A DNA stretch of 64,000 nucleotides from an uncultured Planctomycetaceae bacterium (GCA_963813715.1 CAWFAK010000005.1:1152001-1216000); one strand, 5' to 3'. Shown: positions 34,191 through 47,711, numbered from the stretch's first letter. Numbers and translations are program-made. The notes: generated by a model from the sequence alone, not told the origin.

Positions 34191-35711
34191 ATGCCGGCTG
34201 CCAACAAGTCCACCGGTCTGCAGATCGCGCTCGTGTTCACCGTCATGGGCATGATCATCGCGTTCGTCGTCGCCTTCCTCCAGTATCGAGCGGCGGCCGA
34301 TGCTGACGCCCAGAAAGCAGCCGAAATCGAAAAGAAAAACGCGGCCGAAAAGAGTCTGCAAACCGCGACCGCCAACTTGCAGAGCCTGCGGCAATTCCTC
34401 GGCTATCCGAACACCGACGAGATCGGGAAGACCGACGCCGAGGGCGAGAATTCGGTGATCGGCCAGTTGCGGACGCTGATGGTGCGCGTCGCCCCCGGCG
34501 AGCTGACGATGCCGACCGTCGCTGCCACGCTGCAGCGCGTCGGACAGGAACTCGACACTCTGCAAAAGGACCGGGCCACCTTCAACGCCCAGACGATCGA
34601 CCTCAATAAGCAAATTCTCGCCTTGCGCGGCGAATACCAGGGCATGGTCGACGCTCACACGCAGGCCCAGAAGAAGGCCGAGGGGGATCGCCAGGACGCC
34701 CAGACGAGCAAGGAAGAGGCGGTCACCAAGAAGGAAAAGGAAGTGAACGACAGGCAGGCGGAGATTCAGAGGCTGCAGTCTGAGAACCAGCAGGTCCGCT
34801 CGGACGCGGTGAAGGATAAAGACGCCAGCACGGCGCGCATCACCAAACTCGCAACGATCAACCAAGGCTTGCGGACGGAGAAAGACGCCCGTGAGAAGTG
34901 GAGCTTCGAGGTCCCCAGCGGCAAGATCGAATGGGTCGATCTCGACACGGGGCAGGTGTGGATCAACCGCGGCAGTCGCGACAACCTCCGCAAAGGGACG
35001 ACCTTCAGCGTGTATAAGCAGGTCAACGAGGGCGTTGCCCGTGGCCTGAAGGACATCAAGGGAGCGATCGAAGTCACTAGCGTCGACGGCGACATGGCGC
35101 AGGCCCGCATCACCCGCCAGCGGATCAGCGATCCGATCGTGAAGGGGGACGAGGTCTACACGCCGCTGTGGGCCCCGGGGCGCAAGGAGAAGTTCGCATT
35201 CGTCGGCCTGTTCGACCTCGACAACGACGGCGTCAACGACCGCGAAGTGCTGCACGACCTGGTGGCCGCCTCCGGTGGCGAGATCATCGACGAAGTGGAC
35301 GACAAAGGCGCCCGCCATCCGACCAACGGCAGCATCAACGTCGGCACCAAGTTCCTCGTCGTTGGCAAGATTCCCGACACCTACGAAGCCAAGCCCGAGG
35401 ACAAAGAGGCCGATCGGCTGATTGGCGAAGCCCACAAGAAGATGATCCAAGAGGCGCAAGAGCACGGCGTTCGCATCGTCACCATCGAGGACTTCCTCAA
35501 CTACATCGGCTACGAGCCGGGCCGCCGCATCTGGCGTCCGGGTGTGACGCAGGCCTGGAACCTGCACCAGGGTATGCAAGGGAACGTGGCCCGTCCGGAC
35601 GCCAAGAAACGTCCCGAATCGATGGGTCGCACGTCGCGGGCCTTCACCAACCCGAACGCCCCGCAAACGGAGTCAACGGGCCGGACCTCGCAGATCTTTA
35701 ACAGCAAGTAA
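34191..35711 (+). CDS. Membrane-anchored coiled-coil hypothetical protein
   Basis: N-terminal TM, long coiled coil, VWINRGSRD beta domain. Confidence 0.8.
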   Translation: MPAANKSTGLQIALVFTVMGMIIAFVVAFLQYRAAADADAQKAAEIEKKNAAEKSLQTATANLQSLRQFLGYPNTDEIGKTDAEGENSVIGQLRTLMVRVAPGELTMPTVAATLQRVGQELDTLQKDRATFNAQTIDLNKQILALRGEYQGMVDAHTQAQKKAEGDRQDAQTSKEEAVTKKEKEVNDRQAEIQRLQSENQQVRSDAVKDKDASTARITKLATINQGLRTEKDAREKWSFEVPSGKIEWVDLDTGQVWINRGSRDNLRKGTTFSVYKQVNEGVARGLKDIKGAIEVTSVDGDMAQARITRQRISDPIVKGDEVYTPLWAPGRKEKFAFVGLFDLDNDGVNDREVLHDLVAASGGEIIDEVDDKGARHPTNGSINVGTKFLVVGKIPDTYEAKPEDKEADRLIGEAHKKMIQEAQEHGVRIVTIEDFLNYIGYEPGRRIWRPGVTQAWNLHQGMQGNVARPDAKKRPESMGRTSRAFTNPNAPQTESTGRTSQIFNSK

Positions 35712-35878
35712 GGCCCGGCAAGAATTAGGCCCGGCTACAAGCCAGGCCCCGGCACCAAGCTAGTTCCTGGCCACAAGTCAGGCACGAAGCACGAACGACG
35801 AAGCTCGAATGAGAAATGCCGCTTGAGCGCAAAGGAAGTACGCTTCCCGCGGGCTTAGGTCATTCACTCATTCCTTCG

Positions 35879-37590
35879 TCATTCGTGCTTTGTCATTGGC
35901 TGCTCACTGTCCTGCTGGTAGAGGCCGGCCAAAAGCACGCCGCCGCGACGTTCTTCCACGAGCGGGCTGTGCTCGGCAACGAGTTGCTGCAATTGGGGCG
36001 AGAGGTCGGCCAGCCGACAGAAGACGAGCAGGTACCCGGCGTGCCGCGGCTGATCGGCGTCGTAGGCGTGCAGTCGAATCCCGCGCCGCCGCAGCACGGG
36101 CGATTGCGTGAGCATCTCGTCGAGCTGGAAAGGGTGGAGCACGGGGGCGACGTCGATCTCCGCTCCGTCCGGCACGGCCTGAGCGGCCCGCTCGAGAAAA
36201 TCGCGGGTCACGGACGCGCCCCAGTAGTCGAGTTCGAAGCCGAGCCGGTGCGCGCTGCTCAACCCGCCGACCGCTCCGTTGTAGGCGCTGAGGAAGCAGG
36301 GCCACGTCGCCACGATGCCCCAACTCTGCCCGACGAGAAACAGGCCGGCCACCGCAAGGGCGGCGCGTCGCGGCAGCCGTCGGCAGAGCCAGTCCCAGGC
36401 TACCGAGCCCCCGCGACCGATAAAAATCGCCCACAGGGGAAACGAGACCAGAAACAGCCGTGCCCCGTCATAGACCGCAATCCGCGGAATGCTGAAGAGC
36501 ACGAGCGGAAAGAGCAGAGCTCCCAGCACCAGCTGTTCGTGCCGCGCGAATCGCAGCCGCGTCCGGCCGGCAAACAGCCCCAGTCCGCCAAGGGCTTGCA
36601 GGCCGAGCGGAACGGTCGTGAGAAACAGGACCGCACAATAGTGCCAGGGATGGCTGCGATCCGCGTAGCGCGTGCCGAGGTACCACAGGTAGAGCGTCGG
36701 CCGGTCGGTGGTCCGGCCCAGGTATTTGAGGAAGTTGGTGACCGGGTGCCACCAGAGCCAGGGCCAGCAGAGAAAAAAGACCGCCAGCGCCACGCATCCG
36801 CAAATTGCCAGGGGCACCACAGCCCGCAGCCGCCAATTGGCGAGCGCCCAAATCGCCAAGGGAACGGGTAACAGGGCGCCCTGAATTTTGGTCAGCATGG
36901 CCGCCCCCAAAGCCAGACCGGCCAGCACGGCCCACGGCCAGCGCACGCCCGCATCGCTCGTCCACGTTCGCGCCACGACCAGCACGGCCACCAGATAGGT
37001 GCAGCCAATGCAACGTCTCGAGCGCGGCCAGGTGCGCGTGTCCGAAAACTCGCGGCATCAGCACGACGGCGAGTCGCCGCCACAACTCCGGCCGTGCGGC
37101 CGTACCAGAGCGTGGCGGTCCAGCCGCACAAGAAGACTGTGATCGCGAAGGCGGCGGCCGACCCAACCCGGGCGGCACTCGTCACAAACGCGAACGCCCC
37201 CGGGTGATTGCGGGGCGGCGCAACGGCAATCGTCGCGTTATGCCAAACCCCGAGCCAGACGCGGCCGAGCGGCGGATGATCGGGATTGTGGTAACCGTTT
37301 TTCCAGTCGGGTCCCAAGTCATCAAAGTCGCCGAAGACCTGCCGAAGCGTGAGGATCCGATCGCCCGAGATCCATCCGAGGGCCCAGACCTTGAGCTCCT
37401 CGACGAGCCGCACGCCCTCCTGCACGTTGAACGATTCGTCGATCGTGAGTCCGGGCCCTTGCGGCGCGTCGGGATAGTCTCCGGCCGCGTCGATGGCAGC
37501 GACAACGACCACGAAGGCACAGCCGGCGAGCAGCGCGGGAATGAGCCACGCGCGCGGCGGTCGAGCGGAAGCAGAGGGCGAAACGGCCAT
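35879..37590 (-). CDS. GT39/ArnT-like glycosyltransferase; frameshifts near 37000-37080
   Basis: LTIDESFN, DHPPLGR, GHAHLAALET, LTKIQG, WPWLW, YDGARLFL, GFELDYWG. Confidence 0.8.
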
Positions 37591-37691
37591 TCCGCTACTC
37601 TATGACGCGGTGCGCAGGCCGGACAATGCGAGCCTGCACCTACCGACCAAAATGGTCGTAGGCCTGCGCGACACGTCAATGCGCCCAACGC

Positions 37692-37737
37692 AAAAACCGA
37701 TGCCGGCCGCTAGGGTTGTTCGCGGCCGGCATCGGTT
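37692..37737 (-). terminator. Probable intrinsic terminator downstream of the HTH-receiver gene
   Basis: 16-bp stem AACCGATGCCGGCCGC/GCGGCCGGCATCGGTT ending in a T-run on the minus strand. Confidence 0.65.
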
Positions 37738-37981
37738 GATTTCTGGGGTCGACTTTTGGGGGGTCGAGCGATCGGGGCGGGGCGTTGGTCCCGGGTCTTG
37801 TCCTTAAGACCCGGCGGCCGACTCTCGTCGGATGAACTCGCTGTGCTGGGTCGCACGGACGGCTGGTCCGCCGGTTGGGTGGCTCCGGCGACTTGTCCGC
37901 CCGCTTGGGCGACCCTCGCGGCTTGTCCGCTTGGTGGGTGGCCCTGGCGGCTATCCGCCAGTGGTTGCGGGCGGATCCGTC

Positions 37982-38554
37982 TTAGGCGAGCTGCTTCTTG
38001 CGTCCGACGAGCGTCCGAATCCGTTCGGCCAGCAGGGCCGCGTCGAACGGTTTGCGGAACGTCTCGCTGAAGACCGTCCGATCGAAACCGCTGGCGTTGT
38101 CATCGTCGTTCAGCAGTCCGATCAGCACCGTCTCCGTGTATTCCGTGTTCTTGCGGAGATTCTGGGCGATCATCAGCGATTCGTTGCGTCCCATTGCGAA
38201 GTCGATGACGACGCAATCCGGGTGCAGCGACTCGGCCTGAATTCCGGCCTCGAATCCGCTCACGGCCGACTCGATTTTGAAGTCGTCCGTTCCCATCATT
38301 TCATGCAAACTGCTGCGGACGGCATGGTCGGCGCCGACGAGCAAAATCTTGCCCATCGCTTCGTCTTCCAGCTCACCCAGCGGCATCCCGTGTTCCTTGA
38401 GGAAGCGAATCAGGTGCTCGCGGGGAATCCGCCGGTCCTGGGAACCGGGGATCCGATAGCCGCGTAGCCGGCCCGAATCAAACCACTTGCTCACGGTGCG
38501 GGGTGCCACTTTGCAGATCTTTGCTACTTGTCCAGTAGTGAAGATCGTCCTCAT
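37982..38554 (-). CDS. Excisionase-like HTH plus atypical receiver-domain regulator
   Basis: IFTTGQVAKICKVAPRTVSKWFDSGRLRGYRIPGSQDRRIP; receiver-like PDCVVIDF and FRKPFD. Confidence 0.9.
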   Translation of the reverse strand: MRTIFTTGQVAKICKVAPRTVSKWFDSGRLRGYRIPGSQDRRIPREHLIRFLKEHGMPLGELEDEAMGKILLVGADHAVRSSLHEMMGTDDFKIESAVSGFEAGIQAESLHPDCVVIDFAMGRNESLMIAQNLRKNTEYTETVLIGLLNDDDNASGFDRTVFSETFRKPFDAALLAERIRTLVGRKKQLA

Positions 38555-39609
38555 TGCGGGCTCTCCAATCGGTATCTCTAGGCCAACTCAGAGGGTTCGT
38601 CGGGCCCTCAGGATCTTCACCCCTAGCACGATGGCCGGCTCTCCTAGCCACTCGGTCCGTGACATACAAGAACCACCGCGGTCTTGGGTCGGGGTCCGCA
38701 ACAATCCGCGCGAGAGCACCCTGAGAGGAGCCCCCGCTCGTCCCGTTGCGTGCCTGATCATCAGGCTCTGGCAATACGTCGGGATCGTCGTCGAACAAGC
38801 GCTGTGCGAGACAGAACTGTCGACGAGGGGGCAAAGGACCGGAGAGGTCCTAGCGCACGAACTTCCGGCTCGCGCGGCAGGTCGAATCCGAGTTGTCCAT
38901 CCCCCCTAGGACGTCTCTCGTCCGCTCATCAGCCGCGTCCTGCGACTTCACGGGGCGACCGTGCGACGAGCCAGCCAAAAAACGTCTGACGTATTGTTTC
39001 GACAGCCTCCGTATGAGGACTTTAGGTTCTTTACCGGCGGTGCCTGAAACGCCCGTTGTCCGAAATGCAAGACAGCTTTTCGCCTTCGTCGACCGTCGCA
39101 TCCCGATCTGGCGGCTCAATCGACGCCGTCGCGCGCGGTCCTAGCCATTCGGATCCGCATCCTTGGCGCGCAAGGCATCCTCGCGCACGGGCGGACTCGG
39201 CAATCTTGGCGGCGGAATTGGAGCCGGAAGTCGGCAGATTCTCGGCGAGCGGGTTCCCAGAGCGACGGGCGACTGGCGCGAAATCTGCGCCTGCGAAGCG
39301 GACCGCGGAACGCTCCTAGCGCTCGGCTACACCCAATACCGCTTCTCAATATTGTACGCAGTGGGACCGTCTAGACGAGGGGGGTGATTTATTGACAGTC
39401 GCCCGCCACAACGGTTCGCTGCGCCGATCGACCGCCGGGCAGAAAGTTACCTCGCGCGAAGCGATGCGTGACTCTGGCTGCAACCCACCGGGATTCTGGC
39501 ACCGCTCGCGATTGGCGGCGGAACGCCCACTGCGCCAGGGCGGCATGTTTGCGGCGGCCAGGCTTCCCTAAGGCCCGAAATCGCGAGAGGCTTGATCTCC
39601 CTGCGCCGT

Positions 39610-42009
39610 CTACGTTGTCACTTGATTCGCGCCCACGCTGAACGGGCCGGCGAACGGCAGCAGGTTGCTGTAGAAGTCCGTGGCCGTATCGGCGAAGTAG
39701 CGGTCGATGAATCCATCATCGCCAAAGTGGTACGGGTCCCACGTGAGTCCGAACGCGCTCAAGTCCAGTCCCGCATCGGCGAGCGGTGAATTGGGCTGCA
39801 ATTCGTAGGCGGTCAGAGTGATGAGCCGGTTCGCGTTTCCGATGGTCCCGCCGCCGCCCGCGTCGGTCAGCCCGGGTTGCACGTTCAGGCCGGAAGGCTG
39901 GCCGTGGACGGTCTCCTGGCCGGTCGCAGCCCGCCAGCCTGGCAACGTCTGATAGGTGACGCCGTTCCAATCGATTGCCAGCGGCGACTTGCCCGACCAA
40001 TAGTCGTTTCCCTGGAAGAGCACGCCCGTCCCCGTGCCATCCCACGAGACGACCGGCACGCCGCCGGTCGTCTCGAAGATGTTGTTGCGGACGTCGATCG
40101 TACTGCCGAGCAGGCCCAGCAGCCGGATGGCCGCCGGGCTGCTGGTGGCCGAGGCGTCCATGAAGACCGTGTTGTTGTAGATCTGGGCGTTGATGACGTC
40201 GGCCCCGACGAAGATGCCGCCGTAGGTATTCTGCTGCGTGCGGGCGTCGTCCTGGCTGATGTTGTCGCGGATGATGTTATTGGTCGAAGTCGCCCCGGTT
40301 TCGGCGAAGAGAAACAGCCCGGCACCGTCGTTGTCGTGTGAGTAGTTGAATTGCATGATCGAATTGTTGGTGACGTCGAGAATGATGCCGTCGCCATCCG
40401 AGTTGCCTGCGTGGTTGCTGTAGGACTCGTTGTACTGCAAGAGCACGCGGTTGTCGGCAATGGCTTCGATTCCGCCCGTCTCGCCGTGGTTGCCGGGCAG
40501 CCACCCGTTATCGCCGGTCACCGAGCGCTCGATGACGACTTCGTTGGCACCGAACACCAAAATGCCGTAGCCGGAATCGATGCTCGCCGAGCCGGCGTTG
40601 TGGATCGCCGTCACGTAACCGATATAGATATCTCGGGCTTGCCCCTGCCCCTGAAGTTGCACGCCGCCGTTGCCATTGTTGTTGGCGGTGACGAACGTGA
40701 CCGAGACATTCTGAAAATCGCGGGAGCCATTGCTCCCGAGGAAATTGACGCCGGTCTGGCCGAAGCCAGTTGCTGACACGTTGCTGACCGACAGTCCGGA
40801 TTGAGCGACACCGGGGAGGTCGCTCGTAAATTCGATGCCGTCGCCCGTGTTCGTGGCAAAGCCGCTGCCGAAAAGGTCGAGATCGGCGATCGTGAAGTGG
40901 CTGCTGTCAGCGACGGAAATCGCCGTGCCCTTCCCGGCGTCAATGTTCGCCGCTCCGTTGCCGTACGAACCAACCGTAATCGGGCCGATGTCCTGGCTGT
41001 TGAAGGCGAGGTTGCCGTCAAATGTGGACCCGCCTTCAAACAGGATCTGGTCATCCGGCTGAAACTCGACGCTGTTCACATGACTGATCGTGCGCCAGGC
41101 CGTCGCGGCCGAAGTCCCCGCGTTGCTGTCATTCCCCGTGGGACTGACGAAATACGTGGTGTTTGGCTTGGCGACGATTTGCGGCGCCGCCGTGCCGCTA
41201 ATTGCCAGGTCACCGAAATAGTCGGCCTGTACGCCGGCCTCGCCGCTGCCGGTGTAGTCCTCGAGCGTCACGTAGTTGGTCGAGTAGACGCCGTGCGTGC
41301 TTGAGAAAATTGTCTTGCCGTCGATCGACAGCGTGAAATGGCCGTTGGCGGGATTAATGGCGAAATCGATCGAATAAAACTGCCCCGGAGAAGTCTTCGC
41401 AGCCAGGAAGCCGCTGGTCAGCTCGGTGTTGTTGCTCCACAGCTCATACTCGCCGTTGTTGCGGACGAGCAGGCCCGTGCCGGGATTGATTACGAAGGAG
41501 CCCGGCGCGGCGCCAAAGACCACGGCCGCCCAATGATCCGCGGCCGATCCGCTCCCGGGACCGAGCGGGTCGATGTCGACGGAGAGATGTTGCATGCTCA
41601 AGCCATTGGCGGCGAAGTCGCGATCAGGCGAGACAAACGTGAATGTCTGATTCGCCGACGGCTCGGTTGCAAGGCGGAGCGTGTTGGGAAGGGCCGGGTT
41701 GTTAACCTGCGTCAATGGATCCAGCGTCCCGCCGGCTCCGGTTGCGATGCTTTCCACATAGGGGATCGGCGCCAACGATCCGCTTTGCCGACCGGCCAGC
41801 CCGTGATTCACATCGTTCCAGCCGCCGCCCGCGGGATTCGCAGTCGTCGTGAACGTGTCCGCAAGCAGAGTGGCGGAGAGCAGCCAGCGACATTCGAGCG
41901 CTTCGGCATTCAAATGACGCCGACGCCGCGAAGAACTGCGACCGGCCGAGATCGAAATCGATCGCCAGACGTTGGAGACGCGCGCGAGCCAAAAGTTGTA
42001 GCGGCACAT
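39610..42009 (-). CDS. Extracellular right-handed beta-helix (pectin lyase-like) protein with LEPR-XLL-type N-terminus
   Basis: RRRHLNAEALECRWLLS; TYFVSPTGNDSNAGTS..AWRTI; DGDGIILD; G/N-rich beta-helix repeats. Confidence 0.8.
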   Translation of the reverse strand: MCRYNFWLARVSNVWRSISISAGRSSSRRRRHLNAEALECRWLLSATLLADTFTTTANPAGGGWNDVNHGLAGRQSGSLAPIPYVESIATGAGGTLDPLTQVNNPALPNTLRLATEPSANQTFTFVSPDRDFAANGLSMQHLSVDIDPLGPGSGSAADHWAAVVFGAAPGSFVINPGTGLLVRNNGEYELWSNNTELTSGFLAAKTSPGQFYSIDFAINPANGHFTLSIDGKTIFSSTHGVYSTNYVTLEDYTGSGEAGVQADYFGDLAISGTAAPQIVAKPNTTYFVSPTGNDSNAGTSAATAWRTISHVNSVEFQPDDQILFEGGSTFDGNLAFNSQDIGPITVGSYGNGAANIDAGKGTAISVADSSHFTIADLDLFGSGFATNTGDGIEFTSDLPGVAQSGLSVSNVSATGFGQTGVNFLGSNGSRDFQNVSVTFVTANNNGNGGVQLQGQGQARDIYIGYVTAIHNAGSASIDSGYGILVFGANEVVIERSVTGDNGWLPGNHGETGGIEAIADNRVLLQYNESYSNHAGNSDGDGIILDVTNNSIMQFNYSHDNDGAGLFLFAETGATSTNNIIRDNISQDDARTQQNTYGGIFVGADVINAQIYNNTVFMDASATSSPAAIRLLGLLGSTIDVRNNIFETTGGVPVVSWDGTGTGVLFQGNDYWSGKSPLAIDWNGVTYQTLPGWRAATGQETVHGQPSGLNVQPGLTDAGGGGTIGNANRLITLTAYELQPNSPLADAGLDLSAFGLTWDPYHFGDDGFIDRYFADTATDFYSNLLPFAGPFSVGANQVTT

Positions 42010-42221
42010 TGCTGAGACCTCGTGAGGGCTTGGCCCGCGCGGCAATCGTAGGAGGTCTCGTGCTGAGGCGGCAACACGAACCTGGTGAATTACTCGCAAG
42101 GTGGGGCGATCCACGCGCAAGTGCGTGCTTGTCCCCGGTGCCGTGGTGGTTAAACAAGTCGCGAATCGAAATCCGCATTGGACGGGTTCTTTAGTGCGGT
42201 CCGGCGCAGTAATCTCTGGGG

Positions 42222-43122
42222 ATGCATCCAGAGATCCAACGGCTGATGGAGGCGCTTCGCTGCCGAATCGCGGCCAACGCTGACCTGGCCGGAGTGGACG
42301 TCCTGTCGCTGGCGAGGCCTTCAATCCGGTTAACGGCGAATCGCGTGGCCGACGGCTCGCTCGAGCAGGGCGCGTCGAGAATTGGCGGCACGCCCGATGT
42401 GCCTCCCCAATGGGATTGGCCCCGTTGGATGCCGACGAAGACTTCCAAGTTGCGATCCCATCCGGGTCACCCCGCGCCGCTGGGCTTCATTGCGCAAATC
42501 GACCTGTCGACCTTGCCGAGCTTCGACGACTCGTTGCCCGACGCAGGCTGGCTGTACTTTTTTTATGACCGCTACTGCGAGCCCTGGGGCTTTGACCCGG
42601 ACGATCGGGGCGCGTGCCGGGTTTTCTATGTGACGGGCGAGCGCTCGAGACTCGTGCGAGCCGAGTTGCCGTCGGACCTGGACGAAGGGCATCGGGCGCA
42701 GCCGTGCGCCGTCGAGTCGCGGTTGGACCTGACGATCGCCGACAGTCCAGAGGATCTCGATTGTCAGAGCCCGGCCTTCGATGCCTATTTCAACTTCGTC
42801 GACGAGTTCACCACGGAACTAGGCCCGGCACAGCATCGAATGCTCGGTCCGGCCCAGAACATTCAAGGAGAAATGGAACTCGAGTGCCAATTGGCATCGC
42901 ACGGGATCTACTGCGGGAACGCTGACGGATTCGAGTCGGAACTGCGCACAGCGTTTGCGAGAAGGGGCCCGCGACTGGCGGCTTCTGCTGCAGATCGACA
43001 CCGACGAAGAGGGGCCGCGATGGATGTGGGGAGACGTCGGTCGCATCTACTTCTGGATCAAGCAACAAGACCTGCGTTCATTTCGATTCGACGATGTGTG
43101 GCTGATTCTCCAATGCGGCTAG
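42222..43122 (+). CDS. YwqG/DUF1963 family protein; frameshift near 42950
   Basis: SRIGGTPDVP, FIAQIDL, GWLYFF, HRMLG..NIQ; then WRLLLQIDTD..MWGDVGRIYFWI...LQCG*. Confidence 0.85.
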
Positions 43123-43336
43123 GCACTGATTCGGCTAGGCACTGTGGCCGATCCTGCAGTGGCACCCAATGCCTCATCGTCGCGTGCCGCGGATCCTTTC
43201 CCCGTCTCGGCGAATTCGCCGGGATCCGCTCGATGAAACAACAAGTCCCGTCCCGTTGCGTATGGATCTCAAGACAGTCCCACGGTCCAAAGTCCAAAGT
43301 CAGGAATGCGAGGCTCTGATTTTCGACCTTGGAGCG

Positions 43337-45074
<1,738 letters not shown>

Positions 45075-45106
45075 AACTGGCGATCCGTCTGTTACTTGGT
45101 TTCGAC

Positions 45107-46670
45107 TCAGCCCAGACGGCTGAGGGCCCGATCGATGCGGTTGAGCGAACGCTGCCGCCCCAACAAGCCCAGGCATTCGAACAAGCCGGGGCCGGTCGAC
45201 TTGCCTGTGACGGCCACGCGCAACGCATGAATCAGGTCCGCCGGCTTGATCTTCTCGGAATCGACGAACGTGCGAAAGGCCTCTTCGATCGGCCCGGCCT
45301 CGAACGGCTCGATTGACGTCAGCCGCTCGCGAAAGCGCTGCAGCCTATCGGGCGTTCCTTCCGGCGTCATTCGCTTCTGGAACGTGGCTTCATCGTATTC
45401 GAGCGCCTCGTCGGCAACGAAGAAGTCGCGGGCTTCCAAGATGTCGCTGGAAACCTTGAGCCGTTCGCCCAGCGTCTGCACCACGCGGGCCACGTACTCA
45501 CGCTCGGCCGCATCAGGCGAATGGAGCGACGAGCTTCGCCGCGATGAGATAGGGCAGCACGCGGGCGATTTTCTCCTCGAGCGTCAGTTGCCCCATCCAG
45601 TGCGTTTGAAAGCTGTAGAGCTTATCGGGGTCGAGGCCGGCTGGATTTTTCACGATGCGGTCGAGTGTGAAGTTCTCGACGATCGTCGCGCGGGTCATGA
45701 ACTCGGTGCGATCGTCGAGCGACCAGCCCAGCCGGGCCAGCGAATTGAAGACGGCGTGCGGCAGGAAGCCGATCTTCTCGTAGTACTCGACCATCACCGG
45801 GTTGAGCGTTTCTGAATTGCCCAAGCCGATCTGCGGAAAGACCCGGTCGGCGTCCTCGAACATTTTGCGGAACTTGGGGTTCTCGCGATATTTTTTGATC
45901 TCGCGTTTGCTGAGCTTTTTCGTCGTGCCGGGAGCCGTGACGAACGGGATGTGGGCGAAGATCGGCAGCGTGTGGCCCAGCGCCTGGTGCATCAGAATCT
46001 GCGGAGGCGTATTGGACAGGTGCTCTTCGGCCCGAATGACGTGCGTGATTTCCATCGCCGCGTCGTCGACGACCGTGGCGAAGTTGTAGAGCGGCGTGCC
46101 GTCGCCCCGCATGATCACGGGATCAGCAATCAGCGACGCGTCCCATTCGACATGACCACGCACAACGTCGTCGAGCGCGACCGTGGTGCCCCGCGGTACG
46201 AGGAAGCGAATCACGTACGGCTTCCTCTCGGCGACGAGTTTCTCCACCTCGGCATCGCTCAGCTCGAGCGACTTGCGGCTGCTGATAAAGGGTCGCTTCT
46301 CTTTGTCGGCCGCCTCGCGCTGCTGCTGAACTTCGGCCGGCGTCTCGAAATCGCGATACGCTTTCTTGTCCTTTAATAGGCGGTCCGCGGCCCGCTGATA
46401 GATCTCGCCGCGCTGCGACTGAAAATACGGCCCGTGCGGCCCGCCGATCTCGGGGCCTTCGTCCCAGCCCATGTCGAGCCACTTGAACGCAGCCAGAATC
46501 GGCCGCAGGGCCTCGTCGTTATTCCGCTGGCGATCGGTGTCGTCGATCCGCAGGATGAACTTGCCGCCGGTGTGCCGGGCCCACAGCCAATTAAACAGGG
46601 CCGTGCGCATGCCGCCGATGTGCATGTACCCGGTGGGGCTGGGGGCAAAACGAGTGCGAACTTCGGACAT
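45107..46670 (-). CDS. gltX: Glutamate--tRNA ligase; frameshift near 45515
   Basis: [36 protein letters not shown]; anticodon domain LRVAVTG..GPGLF in ORF 45107-45493. Confidence 0.95.
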
Positions 46671-46877
46671 GCGTTTGGTCTAAGGCAGCGCTTGCAAGCG
46701 GACCGGATTGAAACGATCAAGCACCATCGGGCTCACGCCCGACGCTCGCCGGGTCGCTGAGCTTGGCGAGCCGCCAGCGTGAGCTGGCGGGTGCTTCGCG
46801 TTCGTAAGGCAACAAGGCCGGCGCGATGATAGGAGAGCAACAATTGTCGGGCAAGAGCGTAGGAAAGGGGAGTGCGC

Positions 46878-47477
46878 TTAGGCGTCCCGAGGAATTGACG
46901 GCGGAATTTCATCGTTGCGTGGTTTTCTGACGTGGTGCAGGCGCGAGCGATCGCTCGCGCCGAACGTCCGGTAGTTCTGTCTGGCTTGGCTCAGGCTCAG
47001 CGCAAGATTCGGTCCGCCAAAAACGACGTCCGCATCGACGTCACCCTGGCCGTCGTCTTCCCAAAAGCAAACGGCACAGATCTCGTACCCGCCGCGTTCG
47101 CCCAAGGTCAGATACCCGCAGCAGGGACAGGGATAGACGAAACGAAAGCTCCAACTCGCGTCCGTGTCCGAGCGATCCAGGGACGCCACACCCGCAAGCC
47201 GACGACCGCTGAAACTTACGAGGACGCGATCAGGTGCTAATACGATGACCTCATATTCTCCCGCATCCCAGCGCTCGACGGTCCCCCGGCCGCCGCTCAC
47301 CCGGCCCTCGTAGTCGAGGTACGTCAGTCGATGGTCGGGCAGCGCCTCGGCAACGATCGAGCCCTTGGAATCAGGTGGTTTCTTCAGTCGCCATGTTCGC
47401 AGAGAATCCCCCTGTTCCAGCATCAAATCCCAATGCAGGAACGGATGATCGTGGGTCAGGACGACGAAGCGGGGCAT
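46878..47477 (-). CDS. LigD 3'-phosphoesterase-like domain fused to a CPCC cysteine-rich domain
   Basis: MPRFVVLTH..HWDLMLE..LRTW..DHRLTYLDYEG..GRGTV..WDAG, then YPCPCCGYLTL..YEICAVCFWEDDG..GPN..LSLSQARQNY. Confidence 0.75.
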   Translation of the reverse strand: MPRFVVLTHDHPFLHWDLMLEQGDSLRTWRLKKPPDSKGSIVAEALPDHRLTYLDYEGRVSGGRGTVERWDAGEYEVIVLAPDRVLVSFSGRRLAGVASLDRSDTDASWSFRFVYPCPCCGYLTLGERGGYEICAVCFWEDDGQGDVDADVVFGGPNLALSLSQARQNYRTFGASDRSRLHHVRKPRNDEIPPSIPRDA

Positions 47478-47500
47478 CGGTTTTGGAAACGAAGAATTGA

Positions 47501-47590
47501 GGGTGGCACTGGCGGCTCGTCCGCCAGTGTCTTCCTGTATTCGGGCACAAACCACATAAGACACTGGCGGACGAGCCGCCAGTGCCACCC
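47501..47590. repeat. Perfect 33-bp inverted repeat (REP doublet) between divergent genes
   Basis: GGGTGGCACTGGCGGCTCGTCCGCCAGTGTCTT at 47501-47533 and its exact reverse complement at 47558-47590; degenerate copies at 37860-37965. Confidence 0.9.
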
Positions 47591-47711
47591 AATGCAACTT
47601 CCCCGAACTCGCCGCAGGGGGCGACCGAGGGTGCTGGTACACCCTTTGCACCCCGCTTATCATAAACAACTGTGACAGTCGGGGTGCGCGCGTTTGATTA
47701 GCCGAGGGCGA

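Noticed and set aside
42010..42180. Riboswitch upstream of the beta-helix gene
   Set aside because: A GAGACCTC/GAGGTCTC hairpin is present, but I recognise no aptamer consensus.
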